A stretch of 64,000 bases of DNA, from assembly GCA_002104945.1 (NCBI GenBank), contig MCFH01000018.1:1-64000 (forward strand). The letters run 5' to 3'. The notes beneath the pieces were generated by a model that saw nothing but the letters and a program-made list of their open reading frames with translations, was not told the origin of the DNA and searched no databases. The DNA is from Piromyces finnis finn. Taxonomy: Eukaryota; Fungi; Neocallimastigomycota. Shown here piece after piece: positions 12,898-28,600 of this stretch (position 1 is its first letter; every line of letters starts with the position of its first letter). The position numbers and the translations under genes are program-made.

Positions 12898-13811
12898 TTA
12901 ATTCTTTAAGAAATCATCTTTACTGTATTTTAAATAATTTTCTCTTTCAAGACTATGCTTACTAACTTCGATATCGAACATAATATCTTTAATAAGTGCA
13001 TCTGTAAATGAAAATGTATGATTGTATGTAATATATTATTAAATATATAAATGATTAATTTTTTTTTCCTTCAATTTTTTGAAAATTATTGTTATATTAA
13101 TTATTAATTATTACCAAGAGAACTATAATTTAATTCTGGACGAATATAACCAAGAACAATAACTCTTAATTCTTCACCATAGAAATCTTCTGGGAATTTA
13201 TTAATAAGATGAACTTCCTATTTACATTGAATATAATTTTAAAAGGATTAACCAAAAAAAAAAAAAAGAGTAATTCAATTAAAATTATTATTAATATACT
13301 GAATAATATTATTTTTTTTTATAATAGGCATGTAAATTGTAAATATAAAGTAAAGTAATTACTGCTGAACGTTTTTCATTCTTATAATATGGGTTCCATC
13401 CATAGCTCATAACCATTGGATAGACAGTGTCTGTATGGCAAGCTCTAGCCCAACCATAATAGACACCTGTATCTATAACAGAAGCTACACTATCAGCAAC
13501 ATCTTGAGGTAAATTGGCTTTATTATAAATTAAAAAAAAAAAGATAAGTTTTATTATATATAGTTGGATTTAGTTTTTAAATTGAATGTTTCTTTTTATA
13601 TAATAATATATTTCAATTATATTTTACAACACTAATTTATTTTATTGATTAATAATTATTAATATTATTTAATTATTTTTAATTATTTACCAGTTGGAAC
13701 ACCGAGTTCACGACTACCACGACCAAAACCTCGAGTAATTTCACCCTTTAAATATAGTGGATATGGAGCTTCGATAGTTTCTGAACCAACAATTAATTGT
13801 CTTTTAGTCAT
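12898..13811 (-). CDS. FMN1: Riboflavin kinase, 4 exons
   Basis: Exons 13811-13691, 13517-13363, 13217-13115 and 12991-12898 splice in frame at GT-AG. Motifs: [71 protein letters not shown]. Not in the ORF track. Confidence 0.95.
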
Positions 13812-14536
13812 TGTTATATCTTTTTATGATTTTTTTTTTTATTTTGCACGTATGAATATTTTTTATATAAAAATATAATTATTTTAGTTCGATAGGACTA
13901 CTCAACTAATTATATATTTTCAGAAAATCTCTTTTTGGATACAAAAAAAAAAAAAAACTTTTTTTTTTGGCCTTTAAATAAAAAAATTTTATATATAGTA
14001 AATACAGAATACAGTAAAAAAAAAAAAAAAAAAAAAAAAAATTATTTTATAAGATATAAAATTTTAATCTAAAACTTTTTTTTAATATAGATTAAATTAA
14101 TTCAAAAATTAATTCTTAAACTCCACTATTTTATAACCAAAAAAAAAAAAAAATATATATATATATGTATAGAGAGAGAGGAAAAAACTACAAGTGTGTA
14201 TTATTTATTTATATTTTTTTTTAAATTTATTATAATTTATTATTATATAATATATAATAACATAGGATGCCGAATTAATAGCATCTATATTATTATTGAT
14301 TTTAATAAAAATTTAAAAATATACATTAAAATATTTAAATATATACTTTTTGTAAATTTTCTTTTTTTCTTCTTTATATATATAAAAGAAATAGTTTAAA
14401 GCTTTAAATTAAAATTATTAATAATTTCTATTTTTTTTTTTTTAATTCTTTGAAAGAATAAATTTCTATTTATTTGTGTACTATATAATTACAATTATAT
14501 ATATAACATATATATATGTGTTTAATATTCTTTTTT

Positions 14537-15709
14537 TTATTTTGCTCCTTTTTGTTGAATTAAAGTTTTTAAGGTGGACATTGTAATTAATATTTGTTCT
14601 TCTAAACGAATAGAACGACTACCTTTGAATGGACATGTATTTAAATAGAGATCAAATAATGATTTGGTATCTTGACGATTAATTGTTATGTTTTCATCTA
14701 CTTCAACTGCATTCTCAATACCTCCTTGTCCGCCAAAAACAATAAGCATATGTTGGAAGGTTGAGGGTATATTATCCAAGGATTCGTCTTTATCATTATC
14801 GTTCTTTTCTGATGATAAAAGTTTGGCACAGGTAGTATAAGCATTGCTTCCATGATCAGATACACCAATGGTTAAATCATATTGAGTTTTGGAACCAAAT
14901 GAAGTTTGTTTAAAAACATCAGATATACTTTTAGCTAAACGAATTTGATAACCCCAGTAGAGACCATGCTTTTCACGTGGTTGACGTGAGGAAACAACTT
15001 TACCCTTATAATTTTTAACATTATCATTAGAATTTATTAGATCAAGATCAAGTTCAACGGTGACTCTGACACCTGGTTTTATATGCTTATCAATTTTAAC
15101 ATCCTTACGTAAACCACAAGTAACAAAACTACCGGCACCCTGTTTGACAGGCTTATCAATAGTAACACCTTCACGATATAAACTTGTTTCATCGAGACGC
15201 ATATGATGTGGTGCATCTAATGGATTTAAAAGACCGGTATATTGTAAATCCTTATGAACTGGGAATAAAAGTTTTCTAAGATAAGATGGTGTTTCAAGGT
15301 ATTGAAGAATACGAGCTAAGAAAATATTTGGATCTGCAACTTTACCGGATCCTTCATAAACACCAGAGGTGGTATTTTCCATAGTTCTGGTTGGATCTTC
15401 ATTGTAAATAATAACTTCATCAACTTCAAAAATAGTAAGAGCACGAGCGATTTCTCCAGCTAAATAAGTTCTAAGTTCAGCTGATTGAGCAATTTCAATT
15501 ACAGAACCAGGAATAGCAACAGAAACAGTATATTTTCTACCTTTGGTATTACCATCTTCCTTTGGGGTTAAATTCCATGGGCATTCTGTTTTAATATTTT
15601 TCATTGGTTCCTTTATTTGATTTTTGGTTATTCTATAAGCTGCCTTTTGTCTTTTGGAACCTCTTTCAAGTTTGAAAGCAGGTTTATCATTTTCCTTTCT
15701 TTTATTCAT
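14537..15709 (-). CDS. SPOUT1: SPOUT-family RNA methyltransferase (C9orf114/CENP-32, DUF171-like), intronless
   Basis: TVSVAIPGSVI...ELRTYLAGEIARALTIFEVDEVIIY; LQYLETPSYLRK; GLLNPLDAPHH; YREGV; LYWGYQIR; LIVFGGQGGIE; GSRSIRLEE. Confidence 0.92.
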   Translation of the reverse strand: MNKRKENDKPAFKLERGSKRQKAAYRITKNQIKEPMKNIKTECPWNLTPKEDGNTKGRKYTVSVAIPGSVIEIAQSAELRTYLAGEIARALTIFEVDEVIIYNEDPTRTMENTTSGVYEGSGKVADPNIFLARILQYLETPSYLRKLLFPVHKDLQYTGLLNPLDAPHHMRLDETSLYREGVTIDKPVKQGAGSFVTCGLRKDVKIDKHIKPGVRVTVELDLDLINSNDNVKNYKGKVVSSRQPREKHGLYWGYQIRLAKSISDVFKQTSFGSKTQYDLTIGVSDHGSNAYTTCAKLLSSEKNDNDKDESLDNIPSTFQHMLIVFGGQGGIENAVEVDENITINRQDTKSLFDLYLNTCPFKGSRSIRLEEQILITMSTLKTLIQQKGAK

Positions 15710-16879
15710 TTTTTTTAAATCACACTATACTATTTTTGAATATTATTCGTATTTATTATTATGGCATCAATATTTTCAATAATATTTAAAAAGGATTTTG
15801 ATTATGGAAATAAAGTTTTTTTTTTTTTAATTTTTAAAATTGATTTATATTATAATTTATCATATATATAATATTATTTTTAGATTTTAATTAATATATA
15901 AAGAAAAAAAAATATATATTAGTAAAAAAATATATATATATAAAAATTAATATATATATAATGAAATTTCAAAATTTTAATTTTATAACATTTCATTTTG
16001 ATTTCATTTGAAATTTGTTATACATTATGAAAATATTTATATAGATATTATCGATTTAATATTCTCCATAGATTTTTTTTTTTTTTTTTTTTTTTTTTAT
16101 TTAGTTCTCTGAATTGGCAATGTATTGATTTACACATATATTAAAGCTATGATTATTTTGTTTTAATCATAATGGGATTCTGAATGTAAAATTATTCAAA
16201 TTTATTTTTTTATGCAATTCTTACATTTATTCATACTTATTTTGCTTTTAAACATAATATATTTGTCATTTATTTATTTTCATAAAGATGGTTTTAGGAA
16301 GTATCTCTTTATTTCTGTTATTTTGATAAAAGATATTTTAATTTTTTTTTTTTTAAATAAAACTTTTGATAATTTTTTGAGTAATAAAACTTTTCTTTAG
16401 TTTTTTTTTTTATTTTTTATTATTTTAATTATTTCAAAATCCTAATATATATTTATATGAAAAAATAATATAAAACAAATCATCTTTATTTTTGACAATA
16501 TTAATTGCATACATTGTAAAGAATATCTTTCAAAATAAATGAAGGAATAGTTCTCAACAATAATTAAAATATAATTTTATTATTATACTTTGAAAAAGAA
16601 GAAATTATTATAATAATTTTATTTTATTCTAATTTTTTAAAAAAACGATTGGTTAGAAGAAACCATAAAAAAAATTTTTTTTTTTATAAATTTATCAACA
16701 AATTTTTATGATTTAATATTTGTTTATTAATATTTTTATTTTGCAAAGTTATAAAATGTTTAATGATTAAATAATGAAATAAATATGTTAATAATGTAAT
16801 TTTCTATTATTACTATTTTTTATTTATATATTTCCCGTTATTATTTTCATTCATTAATTCATTCTTTTTTTTCTTTCTT

Positions 16880-17475
16880 TCAATTTTTTACTGCAACAAA
16901 GAAGGAACAATTATATTTATATTTGAGCATTGAATGTTGATTACAAGAATATGTAGTTTCAATACGCTTAGTTTCCTAATATATAATAAAATTTTTTCAA
17001 ATATATATAAACACACTTAATAATCATTACATTATTTTGTAGAATTATTATTTTTTTTATTGTTATTATATTTTACCTTTATTGTAAAACCAAATTTTTT
17101 AACTGCTTCAAGGAATTCTTCTAAACTTAATTCGAAAGAAGGTTCAGAGAATAAGTCTTCAAAATGATAAAGTAATGGACCTTATTGAAACAATTATAAA
17201 TATGCTTATCATTAATCAATTTACTTTATAATATTTTTTATATTTTTTGTTTAATTACCTAAATTAATCCAAACAGCATTTGGTTTTAAAATATGTGATA
17301 TAACTTCTATATATTCTAAAATATTTTTAGCTGTGTCCATAAAGAAACATGTTACAATACCATCAAAATAATCTGTTACATACATAGTGATAAATATCAA
17401 TAAATAAATATTAATTATCATGGTTTAAAATAGAAAAAAAAAAAAGGATATATAGATTTCTTTCTTTTCTTTCTT

Positions 17476-17509
<34 letters not shown>

Positions 17510-19097
17510 CAAACTTGCCTTTATAATGTTCTGCATTGTAAACTTCTACGAAATCACCGGCAACCATGCTAAAGTTGGTATTTGATGGTATATTTCCAGG
17601 TAATACATCAGGGATATCAACAGGTGCTGTTTGATATTCTGCTTTTTCAGTATTTGAGAAGGAATGAATCCATGGATATATACGGAATTGATATGGTTCA
17701 GTCATACTATGAATATAATAATGTGATTTTTTAGTATATTTAATTAAATTTATATTTATGAATTAAATAAATATATTAAATAAATATACCAGTTAAGGAT
17801 AAAATTGGATCCTAAAAGCTATTATTAAAATACATTATAATTGAGTGTATTGAATATTAATACATTGGTAGTAGATAAAATCTTTTTTTTTTTTTTTTAA
17901 TTTATATATGTAATATTATTATATTATTATGAAAAAGATTATTTTACCATATAGAACGAGAATTCATTTCCTTGAGTTGAAAAACCTAACTTTGTTATAT
18001 CATAAGCTAAACGACCCAAACCTGCACCTGGAACTAAAATATTTAGTTCACCTCTAATATATATTATTTATTCATACATTGATAAATAGAAAACATTAAT
18101 ATTTTAATTTGTAGATTATACTATAATTGTTTATATTTCCTTTTTATAAAATAATATATATATATTTACTTACCTATCTTCTTCTGGTATATCCTTATAA
18201 TATTCTAAAAGAGCATTTATTATTGGGGTATATGTTTGTTCTCTTTCTAATTTACCCTTTTAATAAGTTTAAAATTATTGTTTTTAAAGATTGAAATATC
18301 ATTTAAAATTAAAAATATATTCATTATTGAAATTTATAATAATTAATGATGTAATTTAATAATATCATGTTTATTTATATTACTTCATCACTCCAGTCTC
18401 TGACAAATTGTTTTAATGTACTCTTAACTTTATCAACTTCTAAAATTTTAACAGATCTTCCTTGGAAAAATTTATTTGGATCGGACTTTTTTCATTTGTA
18501 ATATATTTTTATTTTAAAAAGTATTGTAATAGATAGATATAATGGTAAAATATTCATAGTATTAATATTAAAATATATTATTTTAAATTTCTTTAAAATT
18601 TATATTAAATTTAATATCCCTGTCTTATCTATTAAATGTTATTATAGTATAAACAGGAAAATTATTCGAGCATTCAAAGTGATATTGTATATTTATATAT
18701 ATATATAAAATTAAATTAATTTAATGTATTAAGAGTATATTACATCATATGGAACGTAATCTTGAATCATTAATTTTATAAAGTTGTAATTTACTTTAAT
18801 TAATTCATCAACTGTATTTAATTTTTTTAAAATATCAGGGAAAAGTAATTTATGATGTTCAGGCATTTTTCTGTAGTCGCATTTCTTTTTATTATTCATA
18901 TTAAGGGCATAAACTTCATAGTGAAGAAAGGTGTTTAATACATCACGAAGATGTTTTTCTTCTTCAATTCTATCATTTTCTTTAATTTCATCAACATCAT
19001 TTGAAAAAATACCATTTTTTAAATAAATAACGTCTTCCTCTTCCTGAACACTTTCATAACTTCCTTTTTTTTGATTTCTTAAATTTTCTAAACTCAT
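16880..19097 (-). CDS. CARNMT1: Carnosine N-methyltransferase (N2227-like family), multi-exon
   Basis: Spliced motifs [15 protein letters not shown]; [15 protein letters not shown]; QGNEFSFYM; LLGSNFILN (29-nt exon 17790-17818); [10 protein letters not shown]; [12 protein letters not shown]; [11 protein letters not shown]; WINLGPLLYHF; last exon [25 protein letters not shown] ending TGA at 16882-16880. Confidence 0.93.
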
Positions 19098-19867
19098 TAT
19101 AAATATTTAGATGATTGAATTTTGGGAACTTTTTATGAATCTGAATATTTGAAATATGTATTATTAAAATTGACAAATATATTACTTTTATATATATATA
19201 AATATAAAAAGATAAACTATTTTTAAGTTATAACAATAAAACTATATTTTTATATTTCTTTTCAAGATGTAAAAGAAAAAAAAAAAATACTATAATTATA
19301 ACTCAATTATATTTCAATTGTGTGACAATTGAAAAATCATAGAAATGCTTATATAAGAAATAATTATATAAATTATATGTAAGAATTTATTGTGGCTTAT
19401 AATATGAACGTAATAAAATAAAATACATAATTACTATTCAGCTACCACTAAATATCATTATAACAAAATATTTTTTTATAATTTTAAAATAATATGATAT
19501 TAAAAAATATAAATATACAATGACCATCATTATTATATAATACTACTTTTATAAATATTTATAAAGATTAAACAAATGTAATACTACAATTGACATTTTA
19601 GTAAAATTATTAAAATATATATTTTAAATAACTAAATATAAGAATAAATAAATAAAAGAACATTTATTTGATAATTCTTTTGCTTATTTTATTAAAATAT
19701 TTTTTTTTTTTAGAAAATACTTCTTTGATAGTTTAAAAAAATTGATTATGTAAAAAATACATAAGAAAACAAATAAAAACTACTTTTTTTTCATAACTTT
19801 TTTTATATTTTTATATTATTTGCTTATTTTAAAATAAAAAAAGTTTTTAATGAAATAGTTATATCAT

Positions 19868-20770
19868 TTAAAATAATAAGTAAAGAGAAGCCATTACAGA
19901 AACGGCTAAGGCTAAAATAGAAGCACTGAAGGTAGTAGAAGCACCACTTTTAACAACATTAGAAACATCAGCACAATCCATGTTCATTTCAGTTAAACTG
20001 TCATTTTCAATGTTCCAAATAAGACCATAATTACTTTTTTTGAATTCTTTTGGAGCATTAGTAGCACCTAAATTTCTTTTTATTTTTATATTAAAATATT
20101 AGTATTTCTTTTGATATACATATTTTTTAATTTAATCTTATTCACCAATTTAAATTTAATTGTACTTACTGGGCAAGTTTTGAAGCCTTTTCCTTATCAG
20201 TCCATACAAAAATAGCATCAGTTATTTGATTACTACATAAAAAATTATTTTATTTAAATGTTAATTTTTTTTTTTCTAATTTTTATTATATTATTTATTT
20301 TATAGAAAAAAAAAAATACTTACTTAACAAGAGTGTCTTTTATTGTAGCTAAGGCAGTATCATCACCAGAAAGAGCTTCAGTTCCAACACCAATTTTAGC
20401 AGCAATCTTTTATTTTTTTAATATTTATATTATTATTATTTATTTATAAATTTTTTATTTTGCAATTATCATTTTATTATATACATACAGCTTCAGCAGT
20501 GAATTTTCTAGAGTTAACCTTGACATTACCATTTTTGTCTACACCATCACTTTTATAGAAGATAGTTTGTGGTTTGTTAACTTTATTACCAATTAAACCT
20601 ACAAAACAATCAACTCTCTTTTGACCATCAGAATCAAGATGTCCTTCAGCACCTTCATCTGATTTACTTCCGTAGTTTTCAAAGGTTTTAATAATATAAT
20701 AGTTTGCAGAAACATGACTAATAGTCATGAAACAAACAGCCATAACAAATAAGAAATTTAAAGTCTTCAT
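19868..20770 (-). CDS. Small secreted, probably GPI-anchored protein of unknown function, 4 exons
   Basis: Signal peptide MKTLNFLFVMAVCFMTISHVSA. Exon 1 is 20770-20489; exon 2 starts at 20406 (IAAKIGVGTEAL); exon 3 reads NQITDAIFVWTDKEKASKLAQ; exon 4 ends KSGASTTFSASILALAVSVMASLYLLF-TAA, a small-residue omega region plus hydrophobic tail. Confidence 0.88.
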
Positions 20771-22207
20771 ATTGTATTTTTATTTTTTTTTTTTTTTAGA
20801 AATATGAATTAAAAAAAAAAAGAGAAATTTTTTACAGTATAAATAGAAAAAAAAAATTTTTTTTTTCAGAATCGCCATTTTTATTTATTATTATAATTAT
20901 TATATAAATTATATGGTAAAATTTTTAAATATTAAATTAAATTTTAATTTAATTAAATTAAATGAATTACCAAGTTTTTCTTACTTATAAATTTATGGAT
21001 AATTATAAAATATGCAAATAATGTGATGCTAATTAATGATACAGTTAATGGCCAGTATACGATGTAAGAATGAATATGAATTATTAACTCTAAAATGTTA
21101 ATTGCATTCCAAATCTGAGAAAAAATGAACTTTTTTAATTAGAATTAAATATATAAAAAAGAAACATATGATTTTAAAACGTGTTAAATATGAATTCTAA
21201 TTATAAATATAAACTTAATAAATACTTTTTATTTAACAAATCAAAATTAAAGTTAGCTTAAAAATAAAGTAAATCTTCTTTCTTTATTAATGGAATAAAA
21301 AGTTTAATGTTATATTATTTATAAAAAATATTAAATAGTGTAATAAATTAATATAAAATGACATTTGCTTAGTTATTAAAAAAAAGATGAATAAGAAAGT
21401 AGTTATATGCATATTAACTATTTCAAATTTGACAGATGTTGTAATTTTACACAGTAATTCTATTACAATACTTGTATATATATCTTTTTTTTTTTTGAAA
21501 AAATTTTTTATTTTGAGATAATTGTTTAATATCATTATTATCATTATTATAACTACAACTATGTAAATTATGGAATTTAAATATTATTAATTAAAAGCTA
21601 GTTATATACACATCCTTTATTTTTTTTTTCTATTCCTCTTCTTTTTGTCTTATTATAAAATAACATTAATAGCCTTATATATCATAATATAAGATAAAAT
21701 AATATTAATTATTTTTTTAAATATACATTGCTTTAATTATTTATTACTTTATTATATTTTTTAATAATTATAACTGTTTCTTTTACCCATTTCTTTTATT
21801 GATATTAATAATTAAAATTGAAAATTGTTTTTTTCTCTTTAATAAATGTTATATATAAAAGGCTTGTAATGTATAATTACAAAGAAAAATACAATTTTGA
21901 TTATTAATAAATAATAAATAAATAAATAAATAAATAAATATAATATTAAAAATTTAATAATAAATTAAAAAAGGGTTGAAAAAAAAAAAGATGATGCCAT
22001 AATTAATGAAATTATTATGATAAATTGAGTTTAAAAAGAAATCCATTTCTTATAGTAATAGAAAAAGAAAAATATGAAAAAAGTATATAAATAAAGAAAT
22101 TATTTACTTTTTATATATCTTTTTCGGAAAGTTTTTATTTAAAGGTTTATACATTCATTGTATATAATTATAACTGTATTTTTTATTTTGTCCAACTGTT
22201 TAATCAA

Positions 22208-25136
<2,929 letters not shown>

Positions 25137-25662
25137 TAAAATTATAAATATATTTTATTATTATTATTTTTTTATATCTTTAGTTAAAATTTATATATAA
25201 ATCATAAATAATATATATTTTATAATATATTAATTATTTCCTATTTTCTATTTTTTATTTTATGTTTTTTTTGCATTTTATCTATATAAGTAAAAAATTT
25301 AAAAAAAAAATAAATATATAGATATTTTCTATTTTAAATTAAAAAAAAAAATTCAAATTTTAATATTAATAAAAAACAATTTTTAATAAAATTTCATTTA
25401 ATAAATTAAAAATTTTTAATTAAATTTTTATCAAGAAATAAAAAATATTATTAGTGTTTTAATTACCTAATATTTAATAATTTTTAAAATTAAAAAAAAA
25501 AAAATTTTTTTGTCTATCTTATTATCAAATATTGAATTATTCAATTATATCCATTCATTAATAAAATACATTTTAATGAATTTAAAGTATTACTATAGAA
25601 TTGATATTACTTTAATATTATTTATATTTTGAAATAAAATTCACATAATAATATAACAATAA

Positions 25663-28600
25663 ATGAAAAAAATAAGTAAGAAATTATTTAATTACAATTT
25701 TTCAAAAAAAAAACAAAATAACCAAGATAATGGAAAAGAAATTGAAGTAGATAATTTTGAAAAAGCTCAAGATACAGAACAAAATACAGATATCAATGAA
25801 AAAGATAATACAGAACCAAATAATATTACTCAAACTAGTCAAAATAGTATCTCCTTAAGGAATCATGAACAAAATTTAGAATTTGGAATTATTCAATGTT
25901 CAAGCAATTATGGTGAATTTTCTCCTTTTGAACTTTGTGCTAATGATATTGATAAAAATTACAAGTCATGGATATCATCAAAGTATTTTAATATTTTAAT
26001 TTCAAAATTATTTATATTTGCTGTTTATTTTTTCTATACTTTATTTATGGAAATCTTATTAAAATTTTTGAAAATAATAATTTAATATTATATTTTTTTT
26101 TATATTTCTTTTATTAATTGAAATATGTAAAATTCAATATAGAAATTGTCAATATCCTCAATATGTTACTTTAAAATTAATTAACGGTATTAGTTATATC
26201 AATAAACTACAAATTCTATTTCATCAGCTTTTTATACCCTCAAAAGTTGAGTTATTTTTAGGAAATCATGTAAAAATGCCAAATATTGAAAATAATATAA
26301 GACATACAGATTATGAAAAATTAATAAAAACGTATGTAGCTGTTGAGTTTGAAAAAATAGGGTAATACTAAATTGAAAATTAAGGCAATAATAACATAAA
26401 TATATAATAAATTATTATTTCCTTTTAAGGAAAAATAAATAATCATTAGGCATAAAATTAATTTTTGTTTTCATATAGTTATTTTACTTTATATAATAAT
26501 CAAGAGATCAATAATACAGCAAGAGAATTGAAGTCAATAAAAATTAATAGAAAAGCCCAGTATATAAAATTAGTTATCTATAAATATTATGAAAATGACG
26601 CAAATATAAATAACCAAGTGAGTGAAGATAAACTTTTATAGATGTTTATTTATAGATTAATAATATATATTTTATTTATAAATTTAATATGAAAATTTTA
26701 GGTTGGTATAGTATCAGTGCAGGTTAATGGTACTCCTTTACCAAATGAACAAGATGAACTTAATCAAAGTGAAATAAATAACGTTATAACCAATCCAAAC
26801 CAAAATAATTACAAAAATGTTAAAACAAATAATTCCGTTAAAAAAATTAAAAAATCTGAAAATATTACAGAAAAACAGAGTTATATACATTCAAACGAAG
26901 TACCTACAGATAGTTATGTATCGGATAATAACAGTAATGAAGAAATAGATTCAATAAATGAAAGTTTCATTGGAAATATAAAATCAAGTAATAAAATAGC
27001 AAAAGATGAAATAGAAGGTTTATCAAGTAAAAATAATAATAATAATAATGATAATAATAATGATATTAATAATAATAATAACAATAATAAAAACAATGAC
27101 GATAACAATAAGGATAGTAGTAATAGAAATGGCCGTTCTATGAGAAAAAATATTAAGCCTAATAATTTAACAATGATTACTAACAGTAAAAATGAAGATA
27201 AAAATTTACAAGATAAAAAATTAAATATCGATAATCATCTAATTCAAAAAAGTAATATAATGCAGGATGTGTCGGATGTAATAGAAGAATATAATAAGAA
27301 CGATGATGAGGATACTTCAAGTAGTGTTATGAGTTTCAGTTTATCAAGCATAAGTAATATGAAAAAGAATGTATCAGTAAAAGGAAAAATAAATAATAAA
27401 CCAACAATAATTAATGACGAGGATGATATTAAAAGTAGTAAAGATATTAATAATAATAAGATTGACAGTAATTCCAGTAACAATGATAATCTTAGTAACA
27501 TTATCAATTCAAATAACATAAGTTATAATAAAAATGATACCAATAATAAAAAAGTTAAAAGTAGAAATATATATGATGAATTTAATAATGAGCTAAATCA
27601 AATTATTAATAGTTCCTCATTGGAGTCATTTCAAAATGAAACTCTAGAAAAAAGTAATGAAAATATAATGGTAAAGAAAAATAAAATTAATGAACAAGGA
27701 GAAGAATTAATAGCAAACGAAGGAAATATAACAAATAAAGATAGTACATCTAATACTAAAAATATGATAAGAAAGGATAAACAAAAAGGTACTGAACTTC
27801 GAAAATATATTAATGCTTTAGAAGTGGCTAAAATAAAAGCAATAAAAAGTAAGTATCATCAGTTATTTTTTACAATGAAATAATAAGTATTTTATCATTG
27901 TTATATTATTTAATAATTAATAATTTTTATAATATATTTAATTGTACAAATATAAAGACAGAAAAAATGAATTTGCAAAGATTATAAATACATTATTAAT
28001 CATTTTTAATGAGGTATACTTTTTTTTTTTTTTTAAATTTATAATAATTTTTAAAGACTAATTTAAATAAATAATATAATTATATATTAATGGGAAAAGT
28101 CTCAAAATAAAATTAATAAAATGCATGAGTTAAAAGTACAAGCAATTGAAGACAATAATATAGATGAATCAGAGAATATCAAAGTATTTAAATTATAATT
28201 AATTAAGAAGATATAACAATAATAATAAAAAATTTAAATATTTAATAATTTTTATATTTAAAATTTTTATTTTTAGGCGAATATTGATTATATTAAAGAT
28301 ATTGCAATTAATAACTTGAAAAAAAACAGGGAGTTAATAGTGGAACAACGTCCAAATAGTCAAGAAATATATATTTATGAAAATAAGACATTTGAAAGCT
28401 ATGAATTAGAAGAAGATAAAAATGATAGATCATATAATGTAAATAGTAGCAATTATCGATCTTCCAATTGGAATATTGAAGATAAACAAAATGATAAATT
28501 AAAAAGTAGTACTAGTAGTAGGAAAGGAAGTTATCATGACTTAATGTCAAAAGGAAAAAATACATTTATAGAAAATGAATATAACAATAATAATAGCAGT

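Noticed and set aside
25589-25601. X-box-like ATTACTATAGAAT upstream of CEP104
   Set aside because: It lacks the GT...AC ends of an RFX box, is easily produced by AT-rich background, and I found no matching box upstream of CFAP46 or CatSper1.
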